Shown: positions 17,847 through 27,337 of the stretch, one piece after another
How positions within the stretch are numbered: position 1 is the first letter of the stretch
How the letters are laid out: the number at the start of each line of letters is the position of its first letter
From: a virus
Lineage: Duplodnaviria > Caudoviricetes
Direction: 5' to 3' (one strand)
Length of the DNA stretch: 63,704 bases
IMG/VR virus record: IMGVR_UViG_3300025829_000001
Span: 1 to 63,704 of that record
Made by a program: the position numbers and the translations under genes
The notes under the pieces: generated by a model
The model's database searches: none
Told to the model about the DNA's origin: nothing
Seen by the model: the letters and a program-made list of their open reading frames with translations, nothing else

Positions 17847-19366
17847 ATTTGAAAACTTTGTGGGCTTTTAGCATCTATTAAATAAAGATTCATTTTAGCA
17901 CGAGTAAGTGCAACATAAAAAACACGGCGTTCATCATCCGGGAAGCGCTGGTACCCCTGGAACGTCTTGTAGCTCATGTCCAACATCACCGTCACGTTGT
18001 CGGCCTCGCCGCCCTTGGCGCTGTGGATGGTGCCTATCTTCACCAGCGGCGGCGCATGGAGCTTGCGACCGGCCCGCAGCACGGCCAGGTAGTACTCGCG
18101 GACGTCCAGCGCGATGCCGTCTAATGCGTCGTGCCAGATGCCCTGCGCCAGTAGGCCGCATTTCTCCCGCAGGTGCTTATCATCGTACAACAGGTCATCC
18201 AAAAACGCCGTAGCGCCCTTGAACCCGCGCTGAACGCCGGTACCCGGACGCAGGCAGTCGTAGATCCGTTGTACCGCACCGCCCGATACCGATTCACCTC
18301 GTCGAAGGCGCTCCCAGTTGATAATAGCGAGGTAGTGCGCCTGATCCACCGACGGGATGCCACGGCGTCCTGTAAACACGACGCCGGAGCGCCGCAGCAT
18401 CTCCTCCGCCTCATTCAGCATGTACCCATTACGCGCCAGGATCAGCCAGGTGCCCGGTGCCTCGAAGTCCATGGTCTCAAGATGCGGCAGGTGTTGAACC
18501 GAACCTTCCTCATTTCTGGCGCTCCACTTCTTTTGGAAGCGGTGCCCCACGCCCTCAATGACCCGCCGGGCGGTCTGGTAGACGGAGCGCGGCAGCCGGT
18601 AGGAGGTTTTTAGCACCTCCTGCTGGCCGCCGAGGTCTAAAAACTGTTCTACATCCGCCCCGCTCCATCTATATATCGCCTGATCGTCGTCACCGCCGAT
18701 GAAGACGCGCTTCGCGGTGCTGAAAAGCTGCTGGCACACCTGCCATTGCAGGTTAGACAGGTCTTGCGCCTCATCAATCACCACCACGTCCACGTTGACC
18801 TGCTTCTTTTCCAGCAGCACCTGTTCCAGCATGTCCGTGAAGTCTAGTCGCCCGTGCTCCGCTTTGTATGAGGTCAGCGCTACGGAAAGGCGCTTCAGCG
18901 CGAACAGGTCGATATCCGGGTCGTTCAGCTGATGCCACTGCTCCTCTAGGCTGACGCAGCGATTGCGCGCCAGTTGCGTGACGAACAGCAACCGGTCACC
19001 TTCATTACCGCCCACCGGGAATCCTTCCTCCGGATTGATGTCATGTGCACCGAACGTGTACCCCAATTCATCACCCAATGATAAATAGTCTGTTCGTGAC
19101 AAGACATCGCCCCGGCGTAGCCCAAGAAGCTGGAAGCAGAGGCTGTGCAGCGTGCGGAAGTAAGGCAGCTGCGTAGCCTCTAGCTTGAATTTTAATTTGG
19201 CACGGTCGGTCGCCTCCTCCACCGCCTTTTTGGTGAAGCTGACGTAGGCGATCTTGTTCGGCTGAACGCCGTTGATCAGCTCCTCCTCGACGATGCCAAG
19301 CAGCCGCGTGGTCTTACCGGTGCCCGGGGCCCCCAAAATCAATCGTTGGTTAGCGGCGATTTGCAT
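17843..19366 (-). CDS. UvrD/Rep-family (SF1) helicase
   Basis: GAPGTGKT, IDEAQD, GDDDQAIY, TIHSAKGGE and YVALTRAK motifs. Confidence 0.95.
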   Translation of the reverse strand: MQIAANQRLILGAPGTGKTTRLLGIVEEELINGVQPNKIAYVSFTKKAVEEATDRAKLKFKLEATQLPYFRTLHSLCFQLLGLRRGDVLSRTDYLSLGDELGYTFGAHDINPEEGFPVGGNEGDRLLFVTQLARNRCVSLEEQWHQLNDPDIDLFALKRLSVALTSYKAEHGRLDFTDMLEQVLLEKKQVNVDVVVIDEAQDLSNLQWQVCQQLFSTAKRVFIGGDDDQAIYRWSGADVEQFLDLGGQQEVLKTSYRLPRSVYQTARRVIEGVGHRFQKKWSARNEEGSVQHLPHLETMDFEAPGTWLILARNGYMLNEAEEMLRRSGVVFTGRRGIPSVDQAHYLAIINWERLRRGESVSGGAVQRIYDCLRPGTGVQRGFKGATAFLDDLLYDDKHLREKCGLLAQGIWHDALDGIALDVREYYLAVLRAGRKLHAPPLVKIGTIHSAKGGEADNVTVMLDMSYKTFQGYQRFPDDERRVFYVALTRAKMNLYLIDAKSPQSFQI

Positions 19367-19367
19367 G

Positions 19368-20210
19368 CTAGTTTGAAAAAACTTCAAAGGTAGCTGCAAT
19401 AGCAAAAGGGACGGTAAATCCAGCCGCATTCCTATGTCCACCGCCACCGTATTTTTTGGCAATTTCGGAAACGTCTATGCCAGTATCAGTTGAGCGCAAC
19501 CCGAATATCCGACCTTTCGGTGTATCCCAATAGCAGCCCGCGAACGGCTCTCCCTGCGCCATTTTGTGAGCTGCATCGGATACCAGCGTATAAGGAAGAT
19601 TAGCAATAGGGACGTTATAACCGCCAATATTCATGCGCCGTTGAACCACATCAAGCAGTTCTGCGATGTCCTTAAAATGTTTTCGTTCTATGGCTTCACC
19701 TTCAATTGCCAACACAGCAGGATCACTTGCCATCAAACGATCCCAAACAGGAAATTCATACGGGTAGGAGAAAATATTCGCCTGAATCTCGCGCGTTTTC
19801 GGCAACGCGAAGCGCCACAGATCGCGATCCTCAACGTGCAGCAATACTGGCGGCGGCGCTTCATTAGGGAAGTAGTAATCCCATGCGATCTTGCTGCCAG
19901 CGCGTTCCATGTCGAAAACTACTTCTGCACCAAGAAGCCCGAGCAAATCTTCCGCAGCAGTCTTATGATGATCCAAGACCAGCACGGAGCTCGCTTCAGC
20001 GATGATTTTCTCCATGATTGGGCGCTTGTACGAAAAATCCACCAGCACCACATCGCGCCCAGCTACGTCAGGCGGTGGCATCTGATACACGCCAGCATGA
20101 AAATCCGTTGCATCTCCGAGCGCCCTACGGACAACCCAAGCACCCGAAAATCCATCAGCACAATTTCCATGATAAATACATAGTGTATCCATAGTGTATC
20201 CCTTCATCAA
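19368..20210 (-). CDS. DHH/DHHA1 phosphoesterase
   Basis: YHGNCADG, LVDFS, LDHHKT and GGGHRNAAGF motifs. Confidence 0.93.
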   Translation of the reverse strand: MMKGYTMDTLCIYHGNCADGFSGAWVVRRALGDATDFHAGVYQMPPPDVAGRDVVLVDFSYKRPIMEKIIAEASSVLVLDHHKTAAEDLLGLLGAEVVFDMERAGSKIAWDYYFPNEAPPPVLLHVEDRDLWRFALPKTREIQANIFSYPYEFPVWDRLMASDPAVLAIEGEAIERKHFKDIAELLDVVQRRMNIGGYNVPIANLPYTLVSDAAHKMAQGEPFAGCYWDTPKGRIFGLRSTDTGIDVSEIAKKYGGGGHRNAAGFTVPFAIAATFEVFSN

Positions 20211-21709
20211 AAATCCGTATCTCGAGCAGTCTGCTCGAATTCTTCGGTTTGCCGCGCATATTCAGGAATTGACCAGCATTGGCAGCACCTGTTTTTTAAA
20301 GAAAATTGCTCGTGTTTCGCCCCGACCTTGCTGCGCAACAATGACCACGCCTTGCGCGGCGTTAGGTCTCTAAAGTTATGCTGGAGTAAATACCGCATCA
20401 AATCTTCTGACCGAAAGTAGTGCCGCCCGTTCTCCGTCCACGGCTTGCCCAGCAGCATTTCCTCCCGCACCCGTGCGGGGGCGCTGATGACGCAGAACTG
20501 CTCCAGGTGCCACATAAACCGTCCCTCAGGACTGGCTTCTTCAGGTGCCGCGATGATTTCAGCATCATCCAGCCGCTCTTGCACCAGCTTCTGCCACACC
20601 GCAGGCTTGACCGGCGGTGGCCAGCGGTTGATCCTGTCCACGCACGCCTGGGCGAATTTGCCCTGGCTCATCAGCTCCTCGGTTTCTAGTTCAAACCGCA
20701 CGCCTTCCACGTCGATGATCCAGGTTGGCGGGCTGGTGCAGATCTTAACCAATCGACTGATGTTGACGGACGATTCTTGGTTGCCGTGCCCGATGCCGAA
20801 CTCCCGCTGCATGCATAGCGCCTTGTTGCAGCACGATACGATCGGCGGGCTGGTGCAGGGGTAGAAGTAGTCCTTCCGCGAGAGCGAACTAACCAGCCCG
20901 CGGATCTCTCCCATGGGCAGCGGGGGTGAGATAAATGCCTGGTTCAGCTCATCCAGCTTGCCCTCCCAGCCCTCCTTGTATTTGAGCCTGGCATACACGC
21001 CCATGGCGAACATCCCCATGTTACGCGAACCTACGGCAATGCCCTGCCGTGCCAGCGTCTGGAGGCAGGGCGGCCCATCAGCAAAGTGTTCACCCGTGGC
21101 GCAGGATAGCGCCAGAAAGTCATGCGGGTCGCAGCGCAAGACAGTGGCGAGGTCAAGAAACTCTTCAGCCGTGAGGTCTTTGCCTTTGTATACTGCACAG
21201 CGCCGGGCATTGAAGTAAGGCATGTTGAGCCAGTTACCGGCATCGCGTTCGCTGGCGAGCTGCACCTGTTTCGGGTAGATTTCAACACCCGCATAGCCCA
21301 GCGCCCCGGCGATTTCACTCATCTTGGCGCGCATCATGCGGGCGTCAATCGGTTCTGTGACGTAGGCGGTGACGTGCACGCCACCCGATTTGGTGCGCAA
21401 ACAAACCACCGGTAGCTTCAGGGCGCGGGTCTTTTCCTCCACCCCCTCCAGCAGCCCCTCATGGTACTCGTCAATGTCAATGGCACCCCAGCGGCACTGA
21501 TTGTCTTCATTGATGGGTACGATGCCAAGTCCGATGGTACCGGACAGGTGATCGCGCCACATATCAAGCGTCGTCGGCTCAAACAGCGTAACCGCCTTGC
21601 CGCCCATCTTGCCCTTCTTGGCCGCATCAGCCCCCGTGATTTTGTAGGTGCCGTGCGCCCGCTGAAGTCCTCGGTAAAGCTCCTCAAATCGCGCTGATAA
21701 ATCCGCCAA
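20207..21709 (-). CDS. Archaeo-eukaryotic primase-like replication protein
   Basis: WGAIDID and TKSGGVH AEP motifs; GPPCL...RN PriCT-like domain. Confidence 0.85.
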   Translation of the reverse strand: MADLSARFEELYRGLQRAHGTYKITGADAAKKGKMGGKAVTLFEPTTLDMWRDHLSGTIGLGIVPINEDNQCRWGAIDIDEYHEGLLEGVEEKTRALKLPVVCLRTKSGGVHVTAYVTEPIDARMMRAKMSEIAGALGYAGVEIYPKQVQLASERDAGNWLNMPYFNARRCAVYKGKDLTAEEFLDLATVLRCDPHDFLALSCATGEHFADGPPCLQTLARQGIAVGSRNMGMFAMGVYARLKYKEGWEGKLDELNQAFISPPLPMGEIRGLVSSLSRKDYFYPCTSPPIVSCCNKALCMQREFGIGHGNQESSVNISRLVKICTSPPTWIIDVEGVRFELETEELMSQGKFAQACVDRINRWPPPVKPAVWQKLVQERLDDAEIIAAPEEASPEGRFMWHLEQFCVISAPARVREEMLLGKPWTENGRHYFRSEDLMRYLLQHNFRDLTPRKAWSLLRSKVGAKHEQFSLKNRCCQCWSIPEYARQTEEFEQTARDTDF

Positions 21710-21897
21710 TGCGTACCCCTTATGTTAATACCTACTCAAAAGCACGCTCACGAAAATTCTCGGCTTGCAACAAGACGTGCTTAAGGCTAGATACTTAGGC
21801 GCTTATTAATAGCCATGTAATTATCTAACTACTCTCTCGGGAGTTCCTAAAAGTTCACGTCGTCATCATCAGCACCGGGTTCGTACCCCGGGCCCGC

Positions 21898-22656
21898 CTA
21901 ACTTGGGCTAGCCTGTGGTGCCTGCTCGCGCACCTCACCTGCTGCCACAGAATCGCGGAAGGCTTTGGCTTGACCGTATAAAGGCATTTCGGCCAACGGA
22001 TTACCCGTCTCGATCTTCCAACCGAACCAACTACCCTTGTCGTTGGATTCTGGGATGGTGCTTAAATGATAAACGTGACTGAACATCGGCGGCGTGAAGA
22101 TGGTGCCGTTTGTCCGGGTCATCTTGAGCCCGTTCATCTTGCTCATCCACTGGCGAGATTTTTTTATCTGCGTCGAGGCAAAACTGATGACCGCTGGGGT
22201 GAAGCCGCCCTTGCCGTCTAGCACCAGCACGTAGTGCGTGCGGGTATCGGCCAGGAGGTTGCCTTCGCTGTCGACCTGCTGGCCGTCGGCGTTGGTCTTG
22301 GCGGCCGCCACCTGAGGATCGCTAGGCATCAATTCACCCTTGAACCCGCCACCGCTGTCACGTGGAGCCCATTTTATAAAAGAACGCTTGTAATAACAGG
22401 GAATGACATCAACGCCATCGGTACCGTCCATGACCTGCTGCGTGACGGTGTTGAACAGGTGCCCTTCCTCTGCGCCCTTGATGTAAGCGCCATCCGACTT
22501 CTTGACCTGTGGGCTACCTGATTGCAGGATACCTAAGAACGGAATCGCGTAGGCCGAAGCATCCGCCTGTTCAAATCCCGATCCGGCATCCTCTTCATAC
22601 ATGCCAGCGAGGGATAGTTCGGTACCTGGTTTCTGTGTTACTTGGGTCTTGCTCAT
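21898..22656 (-). CDS. Putative single-stranded DNA-binding protein; in-frame extension to 21847 beyond an amber codon
   Basis: Position in the replication block; motifs IPFL.ILQ..SPQV and NDKGSWFGW. The acidic DDDDVNF tail is encoded after TAG 21898-21900. Confidence 0.7.
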   Translation of the reverse strand: MSKTQVTQKPGTELSLAGMYEEDAGSGFEQADASAYAIPFLGILQSGSPQVKKSDGAYIKGAEEGHLFNTVTQQVMDGTDGVDVIPCYYKRSFIKWAPRDSGGGFKGELMPSDPQVAAAKTNADGQQVDSEGNLLADTRTHYVLVLDGKGGFTPAVISFASTQIKKSRQWMSKMNGLKMTRTNGTIFTPPMFSHVYHLSTIPESNDKGSWFGWKIETGNPLAEMPLYGQAKAFRDSVAAGEVREQAPQASPS

Positions 22657-22674
22657 TTTATTTCTCCTTAAAAT

Positions 22675-22711
22675 GCCGTGCCTGTTTAGCGTCCGCACAG
22701 CTCATGACGTT
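22675..22711 (-). ncRNA. Putative cis-regulatory H-type pseudoknot, copy 2 (upstream of SSB)
   Basis: CGTC/GACG stem, a CTAAAC linker, and loop GCTGTGC pairing with GCACGGC just before AAGGAG. Confidence 0.6.
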
Positions 22712-22713
22712 TA

Positions 22714-23235
22714 CTATTTGATGATCGCCTTGGTAAAAGGCACCACGCCAAACAACTCAAATGGGACGTTGGTACCCTTGGCGAGCTGTTCCTTGATCAG
22801 CGCCTTGAGCGTTTGTGGATGCACGGACATCTTTTGATCCGCTAGCTGGCGCCAATGGTGCTCGGTCAGGATGCGAAGAAGCTCGTTCGCCTGCTCGTCC
22901 TCGCCCTTGCCGAAGGCCACCGTGACCGCGTTCTTGATGACGTCACCCAGACCTTGGTTGCGTAACCAGCCAAGGGCTTGGTCAAGCCTATCCTTAGGGA
23001 TGCTGGCAAAGATGTCCTCTTTGATGCTGACCTTTTCACCTGACGGCAGGGTGATGGATGACACCCCAGCTTGCGCCATCGCGTTGGGCAGGTCGATCTC
23101 CTGCACCTGACGAAGACGATCGGCTACGTCTTTCAGCAGCAGCTCGGCTTCTGTTACTTTCTTCTGCCAAAAGAGCTGGTTCGCTGCTAGCGCAGCGATC
23201 TCGGATATTTCTGAATTGGTCGGCATTGCGTCCAT
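22714..23235 (-). CDS. Conserved phage replication-module protein
   Basis: WLR.QGLGDVIKN and VHPQTLKA motifs, typical of the gene preceding SSB in PolA-encoding phages. Confidence 0.75.
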   Translation of the reverse strand: MDAMPTNSEISEIAALAANQLFWQKKVTEAELLLKDVADRLRQVQEIDLPNAMAQAGVSSITLPSGEKVSIKEDIFASIPKDRLDQALGWLRNQGLGDVIKNAVTVAFGKGEDEQANELLRILTEHHWRQLADQKMSVHPQTLKALIKEQLAKGTNVPFELFGVVPFTKAIIK

Positions 23236-23269
23236 ACATTTCTCCTATTTCTAAGTACTAATTATAAGC

Positions 23270-23617
23270 TTAAATTGCCCCGCCCGTTACGTCTATTTGG
23301 ATGCACAGGTAACGCCCTTCCTGCCTGTCCCAGCGCAGCACCTTCATCCGTCCGTTGTTGACGGACGCTGCGATCGCTCCGGCGATCATCATGGCGGATG
23401 GATCACCAACAGGAAGCAGATAATCATCATCGCTAAAATCCGCAAGCTTGTCGCGCATGGTACGCACTGTCGGCACGCTGCTAATGAGCGAGTTGCCGGC
23501 AGGGATCAGCACGGTCAGTTCACCGAATTCTGAGGCGGGAGTCAAATTAAATTTACTTCGCATCCCGCCACCTTCGGTTTTCTCGTACGGTTCATTCGTT
23601 ACGAATACTCTACTCAT
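23270..23617 (-). CDS. Hypothetical phage protein
   Basis: 115 aa with DYLLPVGDP and VLRWD motifs; translationally coupled to its neighbour. Confidence 0.72.
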   Translation of the reverse strand: MSRVFVTNEPYEKTEGGGMRSKFNLTPASEFGELTVLIPAGNSLISSVPTVRTMRDKLADFSDDDYLLPVGDPSAMMIAGAIAASVNNGRMKVLRWDRQEGRYLCIQIDVTGGAI

Positions 23618-23801
23618 GGTGGGGTACCTTCTTATCAGACCAAATATATGGAGAGTACACGCTAGTACGATCCTGTAGCATCATTACAAAGTCTGGTTCA
23701 GCAGTATCGTAATCAGGAACATATTTACGCACTAAAAGTTTAAATTCAGCAAGAAATTCATCCGCTTTATCTAGCTTCTCATCTAGGGTCATTTTAGCCA
23801 T
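23610..23801 (-). CDS. Small hypothetical protein
   Basis: 63-aa ORF overlapping both neighbours. Confidence 0.6.
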   Translation of the reverse strand: MAKMTLDEKLDKADEFLAEFKLLVRKYVPDYDTAEPDFVMMLQDRTSVYSPYIWSDKKVPHHE

Positions 23802-25288
23802 TCAGTCACCTCATCTCCGGTTATTAGTGCAGCGACGTCTTTTTTGCTGCGCAGCGCTGCTATTATCTTACTGTCCACGGTACCGGGAACTTCTAAATCT
23901 ATGATCAGGGTGCCGGTCTTTTTTTCAAGGTTTTCAGCCCGATCTTCCGACTGGATGCGGTGGTATAACGAAAAATCGTTTGAATGGTAGCAGATAATAT
24001 CAGCAGCATGCAAGGGCAAGCCAACCCCGCCAGCTCCCTGCTGCCCCACAAAGTACTGATACCGCCCTGCTTGGAATCCATTTTTTGCCTCTTCTCTTTC
24101 ATCAGTCCCGATATCGCCCCAGTACCGTGCCACCAGCTTACCAGTTGTCTTTTCCAGCAGGTTGGCGATCTGGTGCAGATCAGATCGGAATCGCGCCCAG
24201 AATACGATGTTGGCGTCCGGGTACTCTTCAATGATCTGCAGGATTGCCTGCAAGCGTGGATTGTCCTCGAGCTTATCAAACATACTACGATTGCTTTCCT
24301 CCCCGCTCAACTGCTTTGGGATTAGCCCGCACAGGAGGCGTTGGTAGTACATCACCGCACTCATTTTCTCCACCGGCTCGGGCGTCTTACCCGTGCGCAA
24401 CAGGTCAAGGTAGTACTCGACCTGCTTCCTGTGCTCAGGTGGGTATTCCACCTCCCAGCGTTTAGGTATCTTCTGCGGCATGTCCCCGCATTCCGCCCGC
24501 GTAACGCGGTAGCAGCACTTATCCACCCACTCCTTCAACTCCGCCAGGTTCTTGTACGCCGGGCTGCCGTCGGCGTTGCTGGCGAGGATCTGCGGTGCCC
24601 AGCGGGAACCGGTCTTGCGCATGATGCTCTGTACCAATGCGCTGCTGGCCGGCAAAAAGTCCGCGTAACGGTGACGAAAGGCCACGTAGGACTGCACCGG
24701 CACCGCATAGTCATCCAGGAACAGGAGTTGGCTGTACACATCCAATGGGCTTTGTGTAACAATCGTGCCATTTAATATACGCCGATATTTAGCGTAATCC
24801 CGGAGCTTCATAACATTTTTTACTGTGATAGCACTAGGATTTTTAATACGGGTACTTTCATCGATCACCCAAAGGCAGTCTGTACTTTGCAGGAACCGTT
24901 TAGCAAATTCAAATCCTTTTCGTGTTCCTATTGCTTCGATGTTCATCGATAGAATACGTAGATGTTCCCCACGGTCAAATAATTTTTCTAATGCTTCTAA
25001 ATTCTTTTTAGTAGCTGCATTTGACCAAACAGCGGTATAGCGCTCAGTCCAATCTGGCAGGTGCTGAAAAATTTCATCGCTGACCCAATTTCTTTGAACT
25101 CCCGATGGCGCTAAAATAAATAAAGAGTTGATGCGCCCCATTGCATGTAATTGCGCTGCCGTATCACAGATAATTTTACTTTTTCCGGTCCGTTGTTCAA
25201 GCAATAGGCCAAAGTATGGACGGTCCCACGTATCTTCAAAAATACGTTTTTGATGGGCATACGGAGTGGTTTTGTATTGAAAATCCAT
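23789..25288 (-). CDS. SNF2-family (SF2) helicase
   Basis: EQRTGKS, IDEST.IKN, LNGT, GGVGL.L and QSEDRA motifs. Confidence 0.92.
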   Translation of the reverse strand: MDFQYKTTPYAHQKRIFEDTWDRPYFGLLLEQRTGKSKIICDTAAQLHAMGRINSLFILAPSGVQRNWVSDEIFQHLPDWTERYTAVWSNAATKKNLEALEKLFDRGEHLRILSMNIEAIGTRKGFEFAKRFLQSTDCLWVIDESTRIKNPSAITVKNVMKLRDYAKYRRILNGTIVTQSPLDVYSQLLFLDDYAVPVQSYVAFRHRYADFLPASSALVQSIMRKTGSRWAPQILASNADGSPAYKNLAELKEWVDKCCYRVTRAECGDMPQKIPKRWEVEYPPEHRKQVEYYLDLLRTGKTPEPVEKMSAVMYYQRLLCGLIPKQLSGEESNRSMFDKLEDNPRLQAILQIIEEYPDANIVFWARFRSDLHQIANLLEKTTGKLVARYWGDIGTDEREEAKNGFQAGRYQYFVGQQGAGGVGLPLHAADIICYHSNDFSLYHRIQSEDRAENLEKKTGTLIIDLEVPGTVDSKIIAALRSKKDVAALITGDEVTEWLK

Positions 25289-26085
25289 TACCCGATCAAC
25301 CTCTGGTTACGTGCAATCGTTGCCACGCGCTTTTCTGCGGCAGCAGCTACTTGTTCCGGTGTTCTCCGTTGCTTGGCATCACTTAATTTTTTTCTGTGAA
25401 TTTCTGATAGGGGTCGACCGAGCAATTTTAAATTGGGAACACCTACCTTAGATGCAACCATGCGAGCGATGCTCTCGTCTGATAGCCGCTTCCCATACAT
25501 GGGATTTCCACTTCCTGAATTTAGTTTGGATAAAATTGCTTTATGCTTTGGCGTACATTTCTTACCAAGATGCGCCTGCCTATTTTTTTCGTTCGATGCA
25601 GGAGTGTGCTTCCGTCCAGTAGCTAACAAACTCATTTTAGCGCGTATTTCTAGTGTTAACCCAGCGCTAATTTTAGCCCTGGCAGCAACAGAATGCAGTT
25701 TACCAAACATGGGGTTCTTTTCGCCGGACATGGCGATTCGCATCTTTTCGATATGCTGCGGGGAATGTTTTGTTCCTAAATTAAGTTCACGCATGGCTTC
25801 TGCATGACGCTGTTTTATCCAGGCGTATACTTTGTTATTGCGTTGCGCTAACTTATTTGTAAGCATAAACAACGCAACGCGCAACTTTGGCTTGCATGGG
25901 TACATCTTCACCAGCAACTGATGTGCTACGTAGTGCTCTTCTGCTGTTAAAACGGCGATGTTCAAGGAAGCGTTACTACCCCCCATACACCTCGGAATAA
26001 TATGGTGTCGCTCAGTATATCCATCAGGACGTGTACGGTTCTGCGCCCTAGTAATCAGTCGAGCATAATGGCTTTTATAGTCCAT
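25288..26085 (-). CDS. HNH homing endonuclease with NUMOD3 repeats
   Basis: ERHHIIPRCMGG...EHYVAHQLL and GEKNPMFGK motifs; paralogous to 17211-17846. Confidence 0.9.
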   Translation of the reverse strand: MDYKSHYARLITRAQNRTRPDGYTERHHIIPRCMGGSNASLNIAVLTAEEHYVAHQLLVKMYPCKPKLRVALFMLTNKLAQRNNKVYAWIKQRHAEAMRELNLGTKHSPQHIEKMRIAMSGEKNPMFGKLHSVAARAKISAGLTLEIRAKMSLLATGRKHTPASNEKNRQAHLGKKCTPKHKAILSKLNSGSGNPMYGKRLSDESIARMVASKVGVPNLKLLGRPLSEIHRKKLSDAKQRRTPEQVAAAAEKRVATIARNQRLIG

Positions 26086-26210
26086 CAGCGCCCAAGCACA
26101 TCGCGTTCATAGGCAGCTTTCTCGCCCGGTCGCCACTCACGACTGGCCCATAGCCCGTTGCCGGTCGGGTACCAAACGCGATTCGGAGCACCGCAAGATA
26201 TTCTTTTCAT
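26085..26210 (-). CDS. 41-aa early protein (not in ORF track)
   Basis: ATG 26210 with a GAGG RBS; its TGA overlaps the ATG of the HNH gene. Confidence 0.55.
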   Translation of the reverse strand: MKRISCGAPNRVWYPTGNGLWASREWRPGEKAAYERDVLGR

Positions 26211-26236
26211 GTGACCTCTTTCTAAAATTCTTATGC

Positions 26237-26346
26237 TAATTATAAAGCAAAGCAGCCCATCTTAAAATAATTTTTATTCCGTCGCCGTTTGCTTTATAAT
26301 TATTACATCGAAATTGCATTCGATCAGAAATAGGAGAAACGAAATG
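26237..26346. promoter_or_regulatory. Back-to-back divergent early promoters at the strand switch
   Basis: TTTGCTTTATAATTA occurs on the minus strand at 26237-26251 and on the plus strand at 26288-26302. Confidence 0.75.
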
Positions 26347-26631
26347 ATATTAGTAAATGGTAAGCCAGTTGATTATTCAACCTTGCCAGAAAGCGCCCAA
26401 GGCACCATGCAACGTTATATTGAGCATGGCATCCCGCCAGGAAGCTTTATGGAAGCAGTCCTGTCCAATGACCTGAAACAAACTTGCGAGCGGGCTGATT
26501 TCTTCAATCGTTATCTGTTATTTGAATATGTCCAGTGGCTTTATAACTATGCCCCGCAGAATTGTTTCGGTAGTTGTGAAAACTATAGGGACTGGTTAAA
26601 CAGCTTCAATACAAAAGAGGCCACACTATGA
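26344..26631 (+). CDS. Conserved-type early phage protein
   Basis: RYIEHGIPPGSFMEAVLSNDL motif; AGGAG RBS. Confidence 0.75.
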   Translation: MILVNGKPVDYSTLPESAQGTMQRYIEHGIPPGSFMEAVLSNDLKQTCERADFFNRYLLFEYVQWLYNYAPQNCFGSCENYRDWLNSFNTKEATL

Positions 26632-26926
26632 AATACTTATTCATCGGACTGTGCATCAGCGTGGTTTGGGCCTTGGTCGTTGTATATGCCGGAGCTGCAT
26701 GATGAGCTACACCGACTGGAGCAGTATCCTGCTGTTCGCCGCCCTTTTCCTGTCCATTTACCTGATATGGAGTGTAAAACATGGACACTAACAAAATCAT
26801 TTTGAACTGGATAAACTTTTGCGGTCTGAAGCCTGCCGCCGTGCTGGCTCATAACGCAGGCATCGAGTTCGAGCATTTCTACTTGGTAGCGTTTGGGCGG
26901 TATCCGAGATGATTTGATTAGGAGAT

Positions 26927-27181
26927 ATGGAAATGAAAAAAGTCACCAAACTGGATTGTTGCGGTTGCCAGAATAATTTCTACAACGGTAACAACGCATA
27001 TGGCATCAAAGAATGTTGGTCATTCAAGACGGCTACGCTTGTTAAGCGCCTACAAATTCATGTTGACCAAGCGCCTCCTTATTTGCACGTCAAGCCTGAG
27101 ATGGTGCCGAATTGTAAGCGTGTCGAACGATATGTGATGGTTAAGCCTGAAAATATCACGAAACAGGGATTTTGGGCATGA
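26927..27181 (+). CDS. Cys-rich hypothetical protein
   Basis: AGGAG RBS; CCGCQNNFYN motif. Confidence 0.68.
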   Translation: MEMKKVTKLDCCGCQNNFYNGNNAYGIKECWSFKTATLVKRLQIHVDQAPPYLHVKPEMVPNCKRVERYVMVKPENITKQGFWA

Positions 27182-27337
27182 ACACCCCAGACCACGAACA
27201 GGCCATAACTGATGCCAAGGAATGGCTTAGGAAATATGAAGCCGGAGAATTTACCTCTGAGGAAATGAGCAAGATGTGGATTGATATTCACGAATCCAAC
27301 AAAGCTAACGGGTTTAGTAACGACTAAGGAGATCAGC

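Noticed and set aside
21710-21846. tRNA or other structured RNA in the gap before the primase
   Set aside because: No cloverleaf, T-loop or convincing long stem could be found by eye.
21847-21900. Genome-wide amber recoding (TAG read as Gln)
   Set aside because: Full-length genes such as PolA, major capsid, terS and DHH end at TAG, and long genes are not fragmented under the standard code.
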